Assembly (NCBI GenBank): GCA_040954595.2
Contig: CM082592.2
Location: 5,612,209-5,676,208 of the forward strand
Direction: 5' to 3'
From: Balanoglossus misakiensis
Lineage: Eukaryota > Animalia > Hemichordata
DNA: 64,000 nt
The translations under genes were made by a program, and so were the position numbers. Under the pieces are notes generated by a model. The model was not told the origin of the DNA and made no database searches. It saw only the letters and a list, made by a program, of their open reading frames with translations. Shown here one piece after another: positions 28,027-39,900 of the stretch. Positions within the stretch are counted from its first letter, which is position 1. Every line of letters starts with the position of its first letter.

Positions 28027-29527
28027 ATTAAAGCTGCAAGCAGCATTGTCCGGGCCCAAGCTCTATTATCTGATCAGATTATTAGATATGCACATAATTA
28101 ATGAGTAGAAACATAATGCTGTGTTTTATCCCATGAAATATCAAGGTTATATCTATGTTTGGTGTTGATATAGTGTTAAGTAGGTCAAAGGTCACCCAGA
28201 GGTCACCCACAATTTGGGCAGAAAATTTTGATCCATAGTGGTCCATGTCCAACAAAAACCAGACCTCTAGCCCTTTTGGTTAGCCCGGAATTAGGTATGC
28301 ACATAAATAATGAGTTAAGCAGGTGTCAAAGGTGACCCAAAACTTTGGCTTTTCATTATGGCCCCATACCTCCAAACGCCAAGGTTGTATCTGCTGTGGA
28401 TGTCGAGATATGTAAAAGTAGGTCAAAGGTCACCCGAGGTCACCCAACATTTGGGCAAAATATTTTGACCCCATACTGGTCCATGTATAACAAAAACAAA
28501 ACCTCTAGGTCTATTGGTTCATCATTAATTAGGTATTCGCATATTTAATGAGGTCACCAGAGGTCAAAGGGGTCATGAAAAGTAGCAACATTTTTTGATC
28601 ACATACAAATCCACATACATCAAAAACCAAACTTATAGCCCTATTGGTAAGCCTGGAATTAGATATGCAGAAAAATGATGCGTCAAAAGTAGGTCAAAGG
28701 TCATTGCCAAAATTACCAAAATATTTATAGCTTATTCTTGTCATATGATGATTCATATCCATAAAAAGAATTTCTGTGCTATCAATTTTTAGGCTAGAAA
28801 AGGAATTTTTACTTTTTAATCGTTTTTCACAAAATCCAATATGGCCGCCATAATCTTCGACCAATCCCATTCCCCTTTGCAAACTTGATAGACACCTGTT
28901 TAATGACCACACACACCAAATCTTGTGACTCGGTTATCACCCGTTCTTGAGAAGAAGATTTTTGAAGTTTTACTATGGTTTTTCGAAAATCCAATATGGC
29001 CGCCATAATCTTCGACCAATCACAATGATCTTCGCAAACTTGGTAGACATCAGTTAGGTGACCACATACCCCAAACCGCGTGACTCAGTTATCACCGGTT
29101 CTGGAGAAGAAGATTTTTGAAATTTAAGCCAGATTTCAGAAAAAAAATTGTAGCAAAAAAACTGCAACATTTACAGCAAAATATCCAATTACAAAAATGA
29201 TGGGTAAAAGGTAGACTACCTGCACACCAAATTTGAAGTCGATCTGACTTGTAGTTTCTGAGATCTGAGATTTGCATTTTTTCAGAAAATCCAATATGGC
29301 CGCCAGGTCACGTGACTAATTAAAAATTCACAGGTTCAATGCACGACTACTCATTGACCTTGACCACTGTAGCAAGTTTCAGAAGTGTACCTGCAGCGGT
29401 GTCTGAGATCTAGAGCGACAAAGAATTGACACAAGAATAAAGAAAGAAAGAAAGAAGAAAGAAGGAAAGACAGAAAAACCCCAACGAAACCAATAGGGCC
29501 CAAGCGCTGGTATGCGCTTGGGCCCTA
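28027..29527 (-). mobile_element. HINE-like element H7 (complete)
   Basis: Same left end as H5/H6; hairpin tagggcccaagcgctggtatgcgcttgggcccta at 29494-29527. Confidence 0.8.
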
Positions 29528-29529
29528 AT

Positions 29530-31034
29530 AATTAAAGCTGCAAGCAGCATTGTCCGGGCCCAAGCTCTATTATCTGATCAGATTATTAGATATGCACATA
29601 ATTAATGAGTAGAAACATAATGCTGTGTTTTATCCCATGAAATATCAAGGTTATATCTATGTTTGGTGTTGATATAGTGTTAAGTAGGTCAAAGGTCACC
29701 CAGAGGTCACCCACAATTTGGGCAGAAAATTTTGATCCATAGTGGTCCATGTCCAACAAAAACCAGACCTCTAGCCCTTTTGGTTAGCCCGGAATTAGGT
29801 ATGCACATAAATAATGAGTTAAGCAGGTGTCAAAGGTGACCCAAAACTTTGGCTTTTCATTATGGCCCCATACCTCCAAACGCCAAGGTTGTATCTGCTG
29901 TGGATGTCGAGATATGCAAAAGTAGGTCAAAGGTCACCCGAGGTCACCCAACATTTGGGCAAAATATTTTGACCCCATACTGGTCCATGTCCAACAAAAA
30001 CCAAACCTCTAGGTCATTTGGTTCATCTGTAATTAGGTATGCACATATTTAATGAGGTCACCAGAGGTCAAAGGGGTCATGAGAAGTAGCAACATTTTTT
30101 GATCACATACAAAACCACATACATCAAAAACCAAACTTATAGCCCTTTTGGTTAGCCTGGAATTAGATATGCAGAAAAATGATGTGTCAAAAGTAGGTCA
30201 AAGGTCATGTGAAAAATCTCCAAAAAATTGTAACATATTTTAGTCACATGACGATTGATATCCATACAAAGAATTTCTATGCTATCAATTTTTAGACTAG
30301 AAAAAGGAATTTCAATTTTTCGATGCTTTTTACAAATTCCAATATGGCCGCCATAATCTTCGACCAATTACAATGTTCTTTGCAAACTTGATAGACATCA
30401 GTGTAGTGACCATACTCCCCGAATCTTGTGACTCAGCTATCGCCTGTTCTGGAGAAGAAGATTTTGGGAGTTTTACTATGGTTTTTCGAAAATCCAATAT
30501 GGCCGCCATAATCTTCGACCAATCACAATGATCTTCGCAAACTTGATAGACCTCAGTTAGGTGACCCCATACCCTAAACCGCGTGACTCCGTTATTGCCG
30601 GTTCTGGAGAAGAAGATTTTTGAAATTTTGACCAGATTTCAGAAAAACAACTGTAGCAAAAAAACTGCAACATTGACAGCAAAATATCCAATTACAATAA
30701 TGATGGGCAAAAGGTACACTACCAGCACGCCAAATCTGAAGTAAATCTGACTTGTAGTTTCTGAGATCTGAGATTTGCATTTTTTCAGAAAATCCAATAT
30801 GGCCGCCATGTCACGTGACTAATTAAAAATTCATGGGTTCAATGCACGACTACTCATTGACCTTGACCACTGTAGCAAGTTTGAGAACTGTACCTGCAGC
30901 GGTGTCTGAGATCTAGAGCGACAAAGAATTGACACAAGAATAAAGAAAGAAAGAAAGAAAGAAGAAAGAAGGAAAGACAGAAAAACCCCAACGAAACCAA
31001 TAGGGCCCAAGCGCTGGTATGCGCTTGGGCCCTA
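29530..31034 (-). mobile_element. HINE-like element H8 (complete)
   Basis: Same left end; hairpin identical to that of H7 at 31001-31034. Confidence 0.8.
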
Positions 31035-31392
31035 ATAAAGAAAAATTCCAACAATACCAATAGGGGCACAAGCCCGATAGGCTTGTGCCCCTAAAAAATT
31101 CCAACGAAACCAATAGGGCCCAAGCGCTTGCATGCGCTTGGGCCCTAAAAATTCCAACAATAACAATGGGGGCACAAGCCGCCTGAGGGCGCTTGTGCCC
31201 CCAAATATGTCATTAATAGTCTGGTCCATTGATGCTTCCCGACTGCACTGGTATGTGTTTTGAATAACAATGTAAAATATTTGCATAACAAGAAGGTTCT
31301 TCCCTGTGATTGGTGGTTGCCACATCTCGCCAAAACCGTACAAAGATTTGTAAAGTCGTCATACATATACCAATTGCAGCCCTTATTCAAGC

Positions 31393-31559
31393 ATACTTAC
31401 CTGGCACAGGGGTTAACCGTGATCAAAAAGGCGGTTCCCCCAGATTGAGGCCCGCGCATTGCACTTCGCGCGGGTTGATATGTCTGCGATCACCCCAAAT
31501 GTGGGTGACTCGGGTGCATAATTTATGGTAGTGGGGGACTGCGTTCGCGCTATCCCCTG
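31393..31559 (+). ncRNA. RNU1: U1 spliceosomal snRNA (variant)
   Basis: 5' ATACTTACCTGG; SL1 with loop GATCAAAAAG; SL2 CCCGCGC-ATTGCACTTC-GCGCGGG (U1A loop); SL3; Sm site AATTTATGG; SL4 GGGGGACTGCGTTCGCGCTATCCCCTG; A/T-rich 3'-box-like sequence follows. Confidence 0.95.
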
Positions 31560-31990
31560 ATTTTTAAAATTAAAAGATAGAACTAATTCTTATCTAATCT
31601 AAGGCATACGGCGAAATGTTATGGATTTGTTTAACCAGCGAGCAACTAAGTTGTAAATCTTCAAGGAAAATGTTCATCCACCCATATCCGCCGAGATCGC
31701 GAAAGATCAAAAGCGTACACATTGTTATAAAGAAGACCAGACTACTCATTTCTGCAAATCTTGAGGAAACAGAAAAAATGAAAATCAGACAAGGTTAATA
31801 TATTTTGTGCGTTACAATTCACTGATATATTATTAAGTTTATTTTATGTGACTCAACAAAAGCAAAGACGGCGCCTAACTATATACACATTACTTTAATC
31901 AGATTGGTCATGCGTCTGTGTTTCAAATATTGTGAAGAATACGTGCTTGAGGACTACTGAAATGTTAGAATAAATTAAACAACTAGATCG

Positions 31991-32550
31991 CATCAACCAA
32001 TCACAAGCCTAACAAAATGCACCTGGTGAATGCCACATTTCGATTGGATAGTTGTCAGGCAGCGCATTCGTCAGGTGGTCAGTGAGGTGCCACGTTTCCA
32101 TCATTCGGAACTCAGTCTTTGACATACAAACATCATGGCTGAATGTACGTAGTGGCGACAACGACCTATTTTCATTACCCGGAGTAATTCCGACAACTAG
32201 GTAATAGCGAAGGTCACGACCGTGACGATATGGACTGGATTTTCCGAGATAAATGGACACAAACCATCGATCAGGAAAAGTGACTTCACGAAAATCGAGG
32301 GTGCCTTCTCTCCTGTCTTGCAGCCCCCCTTGCGCACATCATCTGCTGTAAGTACAACTTTCTGTCGTATTTGTTCTAAACATTTAAATTTAAAGTAATT
32401 CTATCGACTAATGTACGTTGAGTAAGGTGCTTCATGGAAGCTCTAATACGGTAAAAAAAATGAAGCTTTCAGAGGTAGAAATGAAACCACAACCGAAGGT
32501 CGGGCCCAGCGCAGAGATGACAAAGAAAGATGGCCGAACCAAGTATGTGT
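31991..32550. repeat. Interspersed repeat, copy 2 (homologous to 229-830)
   Basis: Colinear diverged match to 229-830 in the same orientation. Confidence 0.8.
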
Positions 32551-33913
32551 ACGTGGAAGCGGTTCTTCCCGGGGGAGGCAGCATTTCTTTTGAAATGAAC
32601 AATGGCCAATGTCTCATATTGTGTATTGTGAGTGAATATTATTATGCCAGGTGCAGTGCAACATCTGGATACTCAGTGCACTGGTGCGGTGTAATAACTG
32701 ACGTGCGTGCGGCGGGTGTACTCAGACCGCTAACGTATCACTGCATGCAAGTACGGCCTTTTAGCGCAGCGCCTACCACCGCTCCTTTATGTAACCATGT
32801 ACCCTGTGTCTATGCTGTAACTAGCGAGTCGTCACAGACATTGGGGTCAGATGAAGACACGGGAACCAGAAAATTAATCTGAACGGTTATCCAGAAGTAC
32901 ATGTATAGCTAGTAATTAATTTTCCACCACGCACCAGATTACAATACAGTACCGAGTTTGAAATATTGCTAATATTTTTTCTCATTCTGTTTTCCCGCAT
33001 ATTCATTCTCAAACCCTCAAACTTTCTATCGGGATAAAATACATGAAGAATCACTGACGATTTGACCTTCTGATGGTTAGGCCTATGTCCTTTATTCCAA
33101 ACTCAATAGTAATATAGATACATGTATAGCATAAACCACCAACAAAGGAAACATTGTCCAAATACTAAAATTCAGACTTCTCGTAAGAGAAAATTAAACA
33201 CAAAGTCACAAAACAGAAATATCGTCTTTGTAGTTGTTCTAAAACCTCTTAATTATCGGTGAATGATGTAAAACAACTTGAAACACGCCTCATTTTAAAA
33301 ATCTTGGACCAGCAGACTACCAATTTTAGCCGCCATTGCTTGCTGAGATTTTACTGACGGGACAAATCTTTCAGTGTATGAAATCAAAGTCAATATCTTG
33401 CAAAATAACAACAAAATTTATCGGTAACTTGAACCTCGGTCATATCGTTGCATTTTAAGCTACCCGTAAAATCCCGTTCATTTGGATTAGCAACAGACTT
33501 AGCATTTGAAATGAAAAATGCATGGGTTTGAAAAAAAATTCGCCACCACTTCTTTGAGCGTAGCTATTTACAAATTTTCGGTAAAGAGACGTTAGTGTGC
33601 GAGGGTTTTCCGGGAATTATGTACAATGGGAAGTGGCAAATGTGGTTAGCCAATCATGAGCATAGTCTTCGCTAGTCTTTTAAGTCTTTTTACTCTCCGC
33701 GGATATCTTTGGAAAGTTAAAAAGAGGTTTCTATACTGACTCAGCTAGGAAAGTGAACATGACGGCCAAGGGTCATCGTTTGTGAAATTTTATGTATGCG
33801 TCGCCATCTTGGGGAGGAAGGTCACAGCCCATTCGCTACGTCACATCCGGTTCTTCAGCCATGTTAACTTTCACTAGTCGTCACGGTTGTCGCGCTCATG
33901 TCAGGGGAGTTCT

Positions 33914-36900
33914 TCAAATAGTCGTGGTAGCTGGGAGAGGTGTAAGGGGCAACATAGTCGTGGTGAAGAGAGAGCCATTCACAGACTGCTCGTAGCAAGT
34001 ATTGTTGTCTGTGTCCGCCCATTCGGGATATGACTCCAAATCGAACAAGGCAAAACCGTATGTGTTCACCCAAATGTTGACCCATATGATACCGAGGCAG
34101 TTCAGCATGCAACCAACAGAGGCCTGGGGAGACAAAAAAAATCGAATGCAGTGTAATAATAATGATTTTCCCCGCATGCCCAAATAGCCATGCTAAACTT
34201 TTCCGTGCAAAAGACATTCACGATAATACTAGTAGATCACCAACAAGTCATGTGTTGTTCAAGTTTGTCATGTGTCATATCAGAATGTCATTTCGTGTAA
34301 ACTGTCTTTCTAGCGAGATCTAGCGGTTTTGGAAAATGGTCTATACCGCTCGTCAAGTGGGGCAGGAATCATCGTGCCTTGATACATACCATGTCAGGAA
34401 TGGTCAGTTGACCGTACGAGAATGCAATTGCGTTCGGCGGGGTTGCCACGGGCAACATGAATGCGTACGTCACTACTACGGTACACGGTACCATGATGTA
34501 CAGTGGATTGATGCAGAGTTCGTCAGCCTTGGTAGAGAAACAGGAAAAGAGGGTCAGTTCTAATGATATGGAAGAGACGTATCACAAAATAGAAGAAATG
34601 TTAGTTTTAGGTTGTAAACAGTGGCAGCCGTACAAGCCCGACAGAAAGAAATTCACTCACCAGGGCAGCCAAGATGGGGAGAAAGATTGTCGCCACGGCA
34701 GTGTTGCTGGTAACCTCGGTGAAGAAGCAGACGACAGTCGTACAGACCAGAACGAGCACCCATGTTTCCAAATAATCCAGTACCGTCAACTGCTCTCCAA
34801 TCCATTGGGATAAACCAGATACCTGTAAAAACATATGAGGATATAAACGAGCGAATAATCCGAGAACTCAGTCACGGTGTGAGCCCCCTCCCATGTCACG
34901 TGAACATCCCCCCCCATCACTTGTTCAGAACAGCCATCCGCGTCTTCCGTGGATGCCCCGGGGGACTTACCTCGCAACCCTCTGCCAGAGCATAGCCTCC
35001 TCCCAACAGAAGAATCAAACCCCAGGGCAAATTTTTGTGGATCGCCGGCCAGTTCAATATACTTGGTTTCGAACCGGAATCCGAGTCATCTATGGGATGA
35101 AAGCATAATAGTTCTGATATTTCTTTCAAACATACACGAAGGGCTATATGCATACAGTCCATCAGATGTTGAAACCATTGTGAGACGCGTTCAAGGATAG
35201 ACGCCAGCGGAAACCACGTGGGATGACTTAGGTGCTTTAAAACCTTCGACCTGTGAATTTAGCGCCTTTTTGCCATAAATTGTCATAATACAACGCGGCC
35301 TTACCTTCTTTTGGTCGGCAACAGAAATACGAAGGACACGCTGACGGTACACAGAACAGGATACACGCCATCATTATTGCGGGTGTAGAGTCGGTCACAT
35401 AACTGATAGAGATAAAATAATGATATGGATTAGTTTCACAACTGCTAGACGAGAGAACGAATTACGCGGAGGGCATAATGATCGAGAAATTTGTTGATTG
35501 ATTGATCGATCGATCGATCAGTCCAGCTATTGATTGATTGAGTCTATCATAGTATTGAACACTGGGCTGGATATGCAATGTACGCTTGTGACACACCGCT
35601 TCTATTTTCTGTTCAGTACCTAATGAGGGCGCACTTACTCTTCTCTGAACAAACTGCCCCATCCATATCCACCGATGTCTCTGAACACCCATAACAGGGC
35701 TAGTGTAGTGAAGTGGAGTAGAACCGTTATTTCTGCCCACCTAAGGAGTCAGAAAACAAAACACAGTAAGCAGGACGGTTAGGCTCATAATATAGAGAGA
35801 ATGATTTCCGCTCAACATGGTCCGTCCATCCATCCATGTATTTATCAGCTGATTATGTAGTCAATCTGATAGATTAGGTAGGGCCTATGGTAGTTGGATA
35901 TTCATAGGCACACTAAAATTGATTACGGACAGACAAACAGACAGGCAGACTGACTATATAGTTTACAAGTCTCTTGAATATGTCGAGCACTTACGTCCAG
36001 GGTCCAAGTTTCTTGTATTCATCCTTGATGACCTTGCCAATGATCTTCTCTTCCTCAGTTTTCTTGCACGTGCACTTGCACGAGCATGCGCACTTTCCAT
36101 CCTTCCACCAGTTTCGCGGGCTGAGTAAGAAACGCACGAGTGGATTATAACGCGCGCCGATTTGCACCAGTTATACGTTACGTGGCATATACCTTAGGTT
36201 TTATAGATATGCAATAGTCTATAGTTATTTCACGTGTTTCTCACAAAAAGTGTCCGCTGTGTGAAGGCGAAACTCGCCATTAAACTTCACGCCCAAGATA
36301 TGTCATATCTTTCATATTGTGGGTTATTTCCTATCAATTTTCACGTACTCTCTCTCTATCTCTCTTACTACAAAAGCCAATACTACTACTTACTTTAGAT
36401 CGAGGTACACCGCCAGCAGCCATAGCCAACAGATGAATAAGAAAATAATGGCAGCGGGCAGAGAGTATATCATCCATGTGAGGAAATTTATAGGATGATC
36501 TGTTCCGTAACGACTGTAAACGAACAATATTGATGAAGAGAAAGCCGAAAGCCTAGACACTTGCATCTTTGTCACTATCTTTTATATACACACGTTCGTT
36601 CATCACACCATCTTGGTTCAGTATTTACGGCTATATGTACCAAACATCAACATCTAATTAATTATGCAATCAGAAATTAATGTATTAATGCACGACTCTC
36701 AGTACAATCCGTGGTGAGATCAGTATTTGTAGGAAGTGTCGCTTCTTACAGTCTTATCTCTATGACTACAGTGTAGCTCCAGCAAATTTCATAAAAATCC
36801 GGTGCAATAATTCCGGATCTACGGTGCTGATGGCACATTTCGTTAAATATGCTAATGAGGTGTTAATTTAACGCAACACAGCTTCGTGTACTTACTCGTC

Positions 36901-39900
36901 AAGCACCCCAACCAGTACCAAGTTCGGCGTGGTGCCGATGAGCGATGCCGTGCCACCGATGTTGGCCGAGTAGGCAACGCACAACATCATGCCTTTACTC
37001 ATGCCCATGTAAACCGAGGCCACTTCGAATTGGTTTTCCATTTCTTCGTCCTTCTCGGTCGCCTCCCCGTCGCCTTCGACACCGACGCTCGCCTCCCCGT
37101 CGCCTTTGACACCGACGCTCGCCTCCAAATCATCGAACTCCCGCTTATCTGAATATGTTATGTCGTTGCCTTTTTCGGGGATGGGTCTATTTTGATAGAA
37201 TATGTACAGAAGGATCATGAAGAGACAGACGCCATCTTTTGACACTGTACATGCCATGACAAATGCCTTACATGTATTGAAAAATAAGAGCAAACTGGAG
37301 AGTGGACTCACGTTGTTTCTTCGTCTGTCACCTTGTATGCTACAGCGCCGTCACTGTCCACAACCGGTGGTTCCTGGCTATACTCATTTTCGATGCCCTC
37401 ATTTTCGTTGCCCTGACAACGGAATGCATCAACATGCGACATCATATTAATTTTTATATTACTTAGGGAGCCGTCATTATTTATGGCCTGGGGGGGTCGG
37501 AGGAATCAAGGGGGGGGGGGTTACTCAAAAATTGGAAGGCTACAGGGGGGGGTTTCTCAAAAATTGTAGATGAAGAGGGGGGGTCACTCATTTTTGGGAA
37601 ATGTATCAAAGTTTTTCAACTGAAAGATTTAGTTGTGTGATGTGCAAGTGCTGCAGCGCTCCGCGACCTCTGGTCGCGGAACACCAGAGTGTCCACACTG
37701 CACTATCAAAGTATTTTTCCCAAAATTTGCTGATAAAGGATTGGCATGCTTGCCTGATCATGCATAAAAAACATTACTCCTTATTATATCAACAAAGTTT
37801 GATAATCATTTTGACTTTTAACGATGCCTGTCCAAATTACACAATGCTACTTGATGGTTACTGGTTATGGGTGAGCTTTTACGGTAATCATTATTTAGTT
37901 GTGACTTTGAGATTGTTTAGTTGTTTCACCCTTTTCAATCCATCATGATGCAACTGATGATCACCTACAATGTAGCAGGGTGAACCTGGAGTTGAAAGGT
38001 CTTTTACTACACTACTGTAATAGTGAACACCTATTGCCTGGCCATGAGGGCCATAGCGGCTGTTTATTACACCCGAGGGGCTGTGAGTTACCAGAATCAT
38101 ATGCTATTTCCCGAGGCCGCAGGCCGAGGGAAATAGCATATGAATCTGGTAACTCACAGTCACGAGGGGGTAAAAACGGCTGCTATGGCCCGAATATAGG
38201 CCAGGCTATAGGTGTTTTATAATAAACCTCTTGCTAACAGCTTGGAAAATCTTGCTATTTTCTCTTGAGGCTGGCAGGATGACATCTTCAGCGGTGGCCA
38301 TTGTGTCAGACAACGCGACGCTGATTGACGTGACCACGTTGGTCACGTGACCGGTTTATATTGCAAGATTTTCCCAGCTGTTAGCATGAGGTTTATTATA
38401 AAACACCTATAGCCTGGCCTATATTCGGGCCATAGCAGCCGTTTTTACCCCCTCGTGACTGTGAGTTACCAGAATCATATGCTATTTCCCTCGGCCTGCG
38501 GCCTCGGGAAATAGCATATGATTCTGGTAACTCACAGCCCCTCGGGTGTAATAAACGGCCGCTATGGCTTTCATGGCCAGGCAATAGGTGTTCAATACAG
38601 ATACATGTATTGATATGTAGTTGTTCCGGTTTTAGGGGGGGGGGCAGTCGAAATTTCTGTGTTGGAAGGGGGGGGGGTTCTCAAAATCTGCATGCTTGGC
38701 AGGGGGGGTTTCTCAAAATTTTGGAGTTTCTAGTGTAATTCCTCCGACCCCCCCAAGGCCGTAAATAATGACGGCTCCCTTAGTGTAGTTATAAAGAGTC
38801 TCTGTTAAAATACCAGTAACCAACTGTGTTTATGAATTACGAGGATAATTGCTATAGTACTACATGTATTCAGTATAGTATGTAGGCTATCTCGCAATCA
38901 GCAGAAAATCATCTAGTGCTGATCTGGTAATATTACAGAAATTTACATTTTCTTCTTCGTCCATTCTTTCAGAAAGTCGTATGAGTACAGCCTGGGCGAT
39001 GGGCAACATCATGGCCGTGGTGGCGGTGTTACTGATCCACATAGACAAAAATGCCGTCGTACACATGAAGCCTAACATCAACCTGAAATGAGATGCAAAA
39101 CCGTCATTAATATTCAAAGGGGAAAATGAACTCTGCATGGTGAGTACTTCTTGGCTATTTTCCATCCATTTCATCGTCTGTCTCAGCCTCAGTTACTTTT
39201 GTTCGCTTTTTGTCAGTGGCGAACATTTTGACGTGTATACATCAATCCGTGGATTTTACCGCTAGCGAAGTAGACACGTGATAAATGCGATGCAACGTTG
39301 GTGCCCGGCTGGGAGCGCTAGACGTCGACAGCGCCCTCGTTTGTTTTTCTCCCAATCGCGTGGATTTTGTTTTTATCTGCCATGTTGTCAAGTTGTTCAG
39401 CCAATTTAATTAGTATGACATGGGCGCGCTCAGGGGATTTTAATTGCTTCCATCGAACTCACCATCTGGGCTTAGCACCGCAGACCATCAACACCGCCAA
39501 CGCGATCCTCTTATGCAAATTCCACTGCTCTATGGCGATGGCCACCATGAGACCGCCGAGGAAGAGGGCGTTGGTGTCTTTGAAGTACATCTGCGACGTG
39601 TGGCCCGCCGTCATTATTCCGAACATCGGGAACAGCACCAGCGGCATGAGCGCCGTCACCGGGATCGGCACCACTTCGAAGACCCAATACACCGACATCA
39701 CGATCAGAATGTACCCGCAGTAGGACACCTGTGGTGTAGAGAAGATGTCGAAGGTTACGGAAAGCCAGACTAGTTGTTTCCATGGCGACTGATCTTGCTT
39801 GCTAAATTTACATCACTGAAACGTCGCTCATGCGCAGTTCGGACGACCCTCCCCTTTATTCGAAGAGCTTCGAGTACATGTACTAGTATTCAGGAATCAT

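Larger units (their letters stand above)
23376..31093 (-). mobile_element. HINE-like element H4 (body 23376-24590, close copy of H1 body; displaced terminal hairpin 31061-31093)
   Basis: ggggcacaagc at left matches hairpin taggggcacaagcc..ggcttgtgccccta; body ends in (GAA)n like H1. Confidence 0.7.
22192..31147 (-). mobile_element. HINE-like element H3 (body 22192-23375; displaced terminal hairpin 31114-31147)
   Basis: gctgcgagcagc..gggcccaagcgc at left matches hairpin tagggcccaagcgc..gcgcttgggcccta. Confidence 0.7.
19531..31203 (-). mobile_element. Nested array of eight non-autonomous Helentron/HINE (DINE-1-like) elements; outermost element H1 has its body at 19531-20733 and terminal hairpin at 31167-31203
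   Basis: On the minus strand each unit reads: subTIR+IR hairpin (GGGC[A/C]CAAGC..GCTTG[T/G]GCCC), (TTC/TTTC)n microsatellite, internal ~238-bp and shorter tandem repeats, second subTIR, GCTGCTTGCAGC palindrome, T-rich end. No TSD and no transposase ORF. Confidence 0.8.

Noticed and set aside
31001-31203. Four short hairpins separated by similar linkers, superficially CRISPR- or attC-like
   Set aside because: Eukaryotic context, no cas or integrase gene, linkers are not unique spacers, and each hairpin is explained as a terminus of a nested HINE-like element.
19531-31203. Recurring short ORFs (MAFHYGPIPPNAK.., MQISDLRNYKSD.., MKIA[T/P]KNCDNF..)
   Set aside because: They recur only because the DNA repeats; stops and frameshifts differ among copies and there are no Rep/helicase or transposase motifs.
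32418-32882. 154-aa ORF
   Set aside because: Starts inside the interspersed repeat, whose other copy does not keep the frame; non-ATG start; no recognisable domain.
37980-38584. Near-identical ORFs on opposite strands ([25 protein letters not shown])
   Set aside because: Artefact of the palindrome arms.
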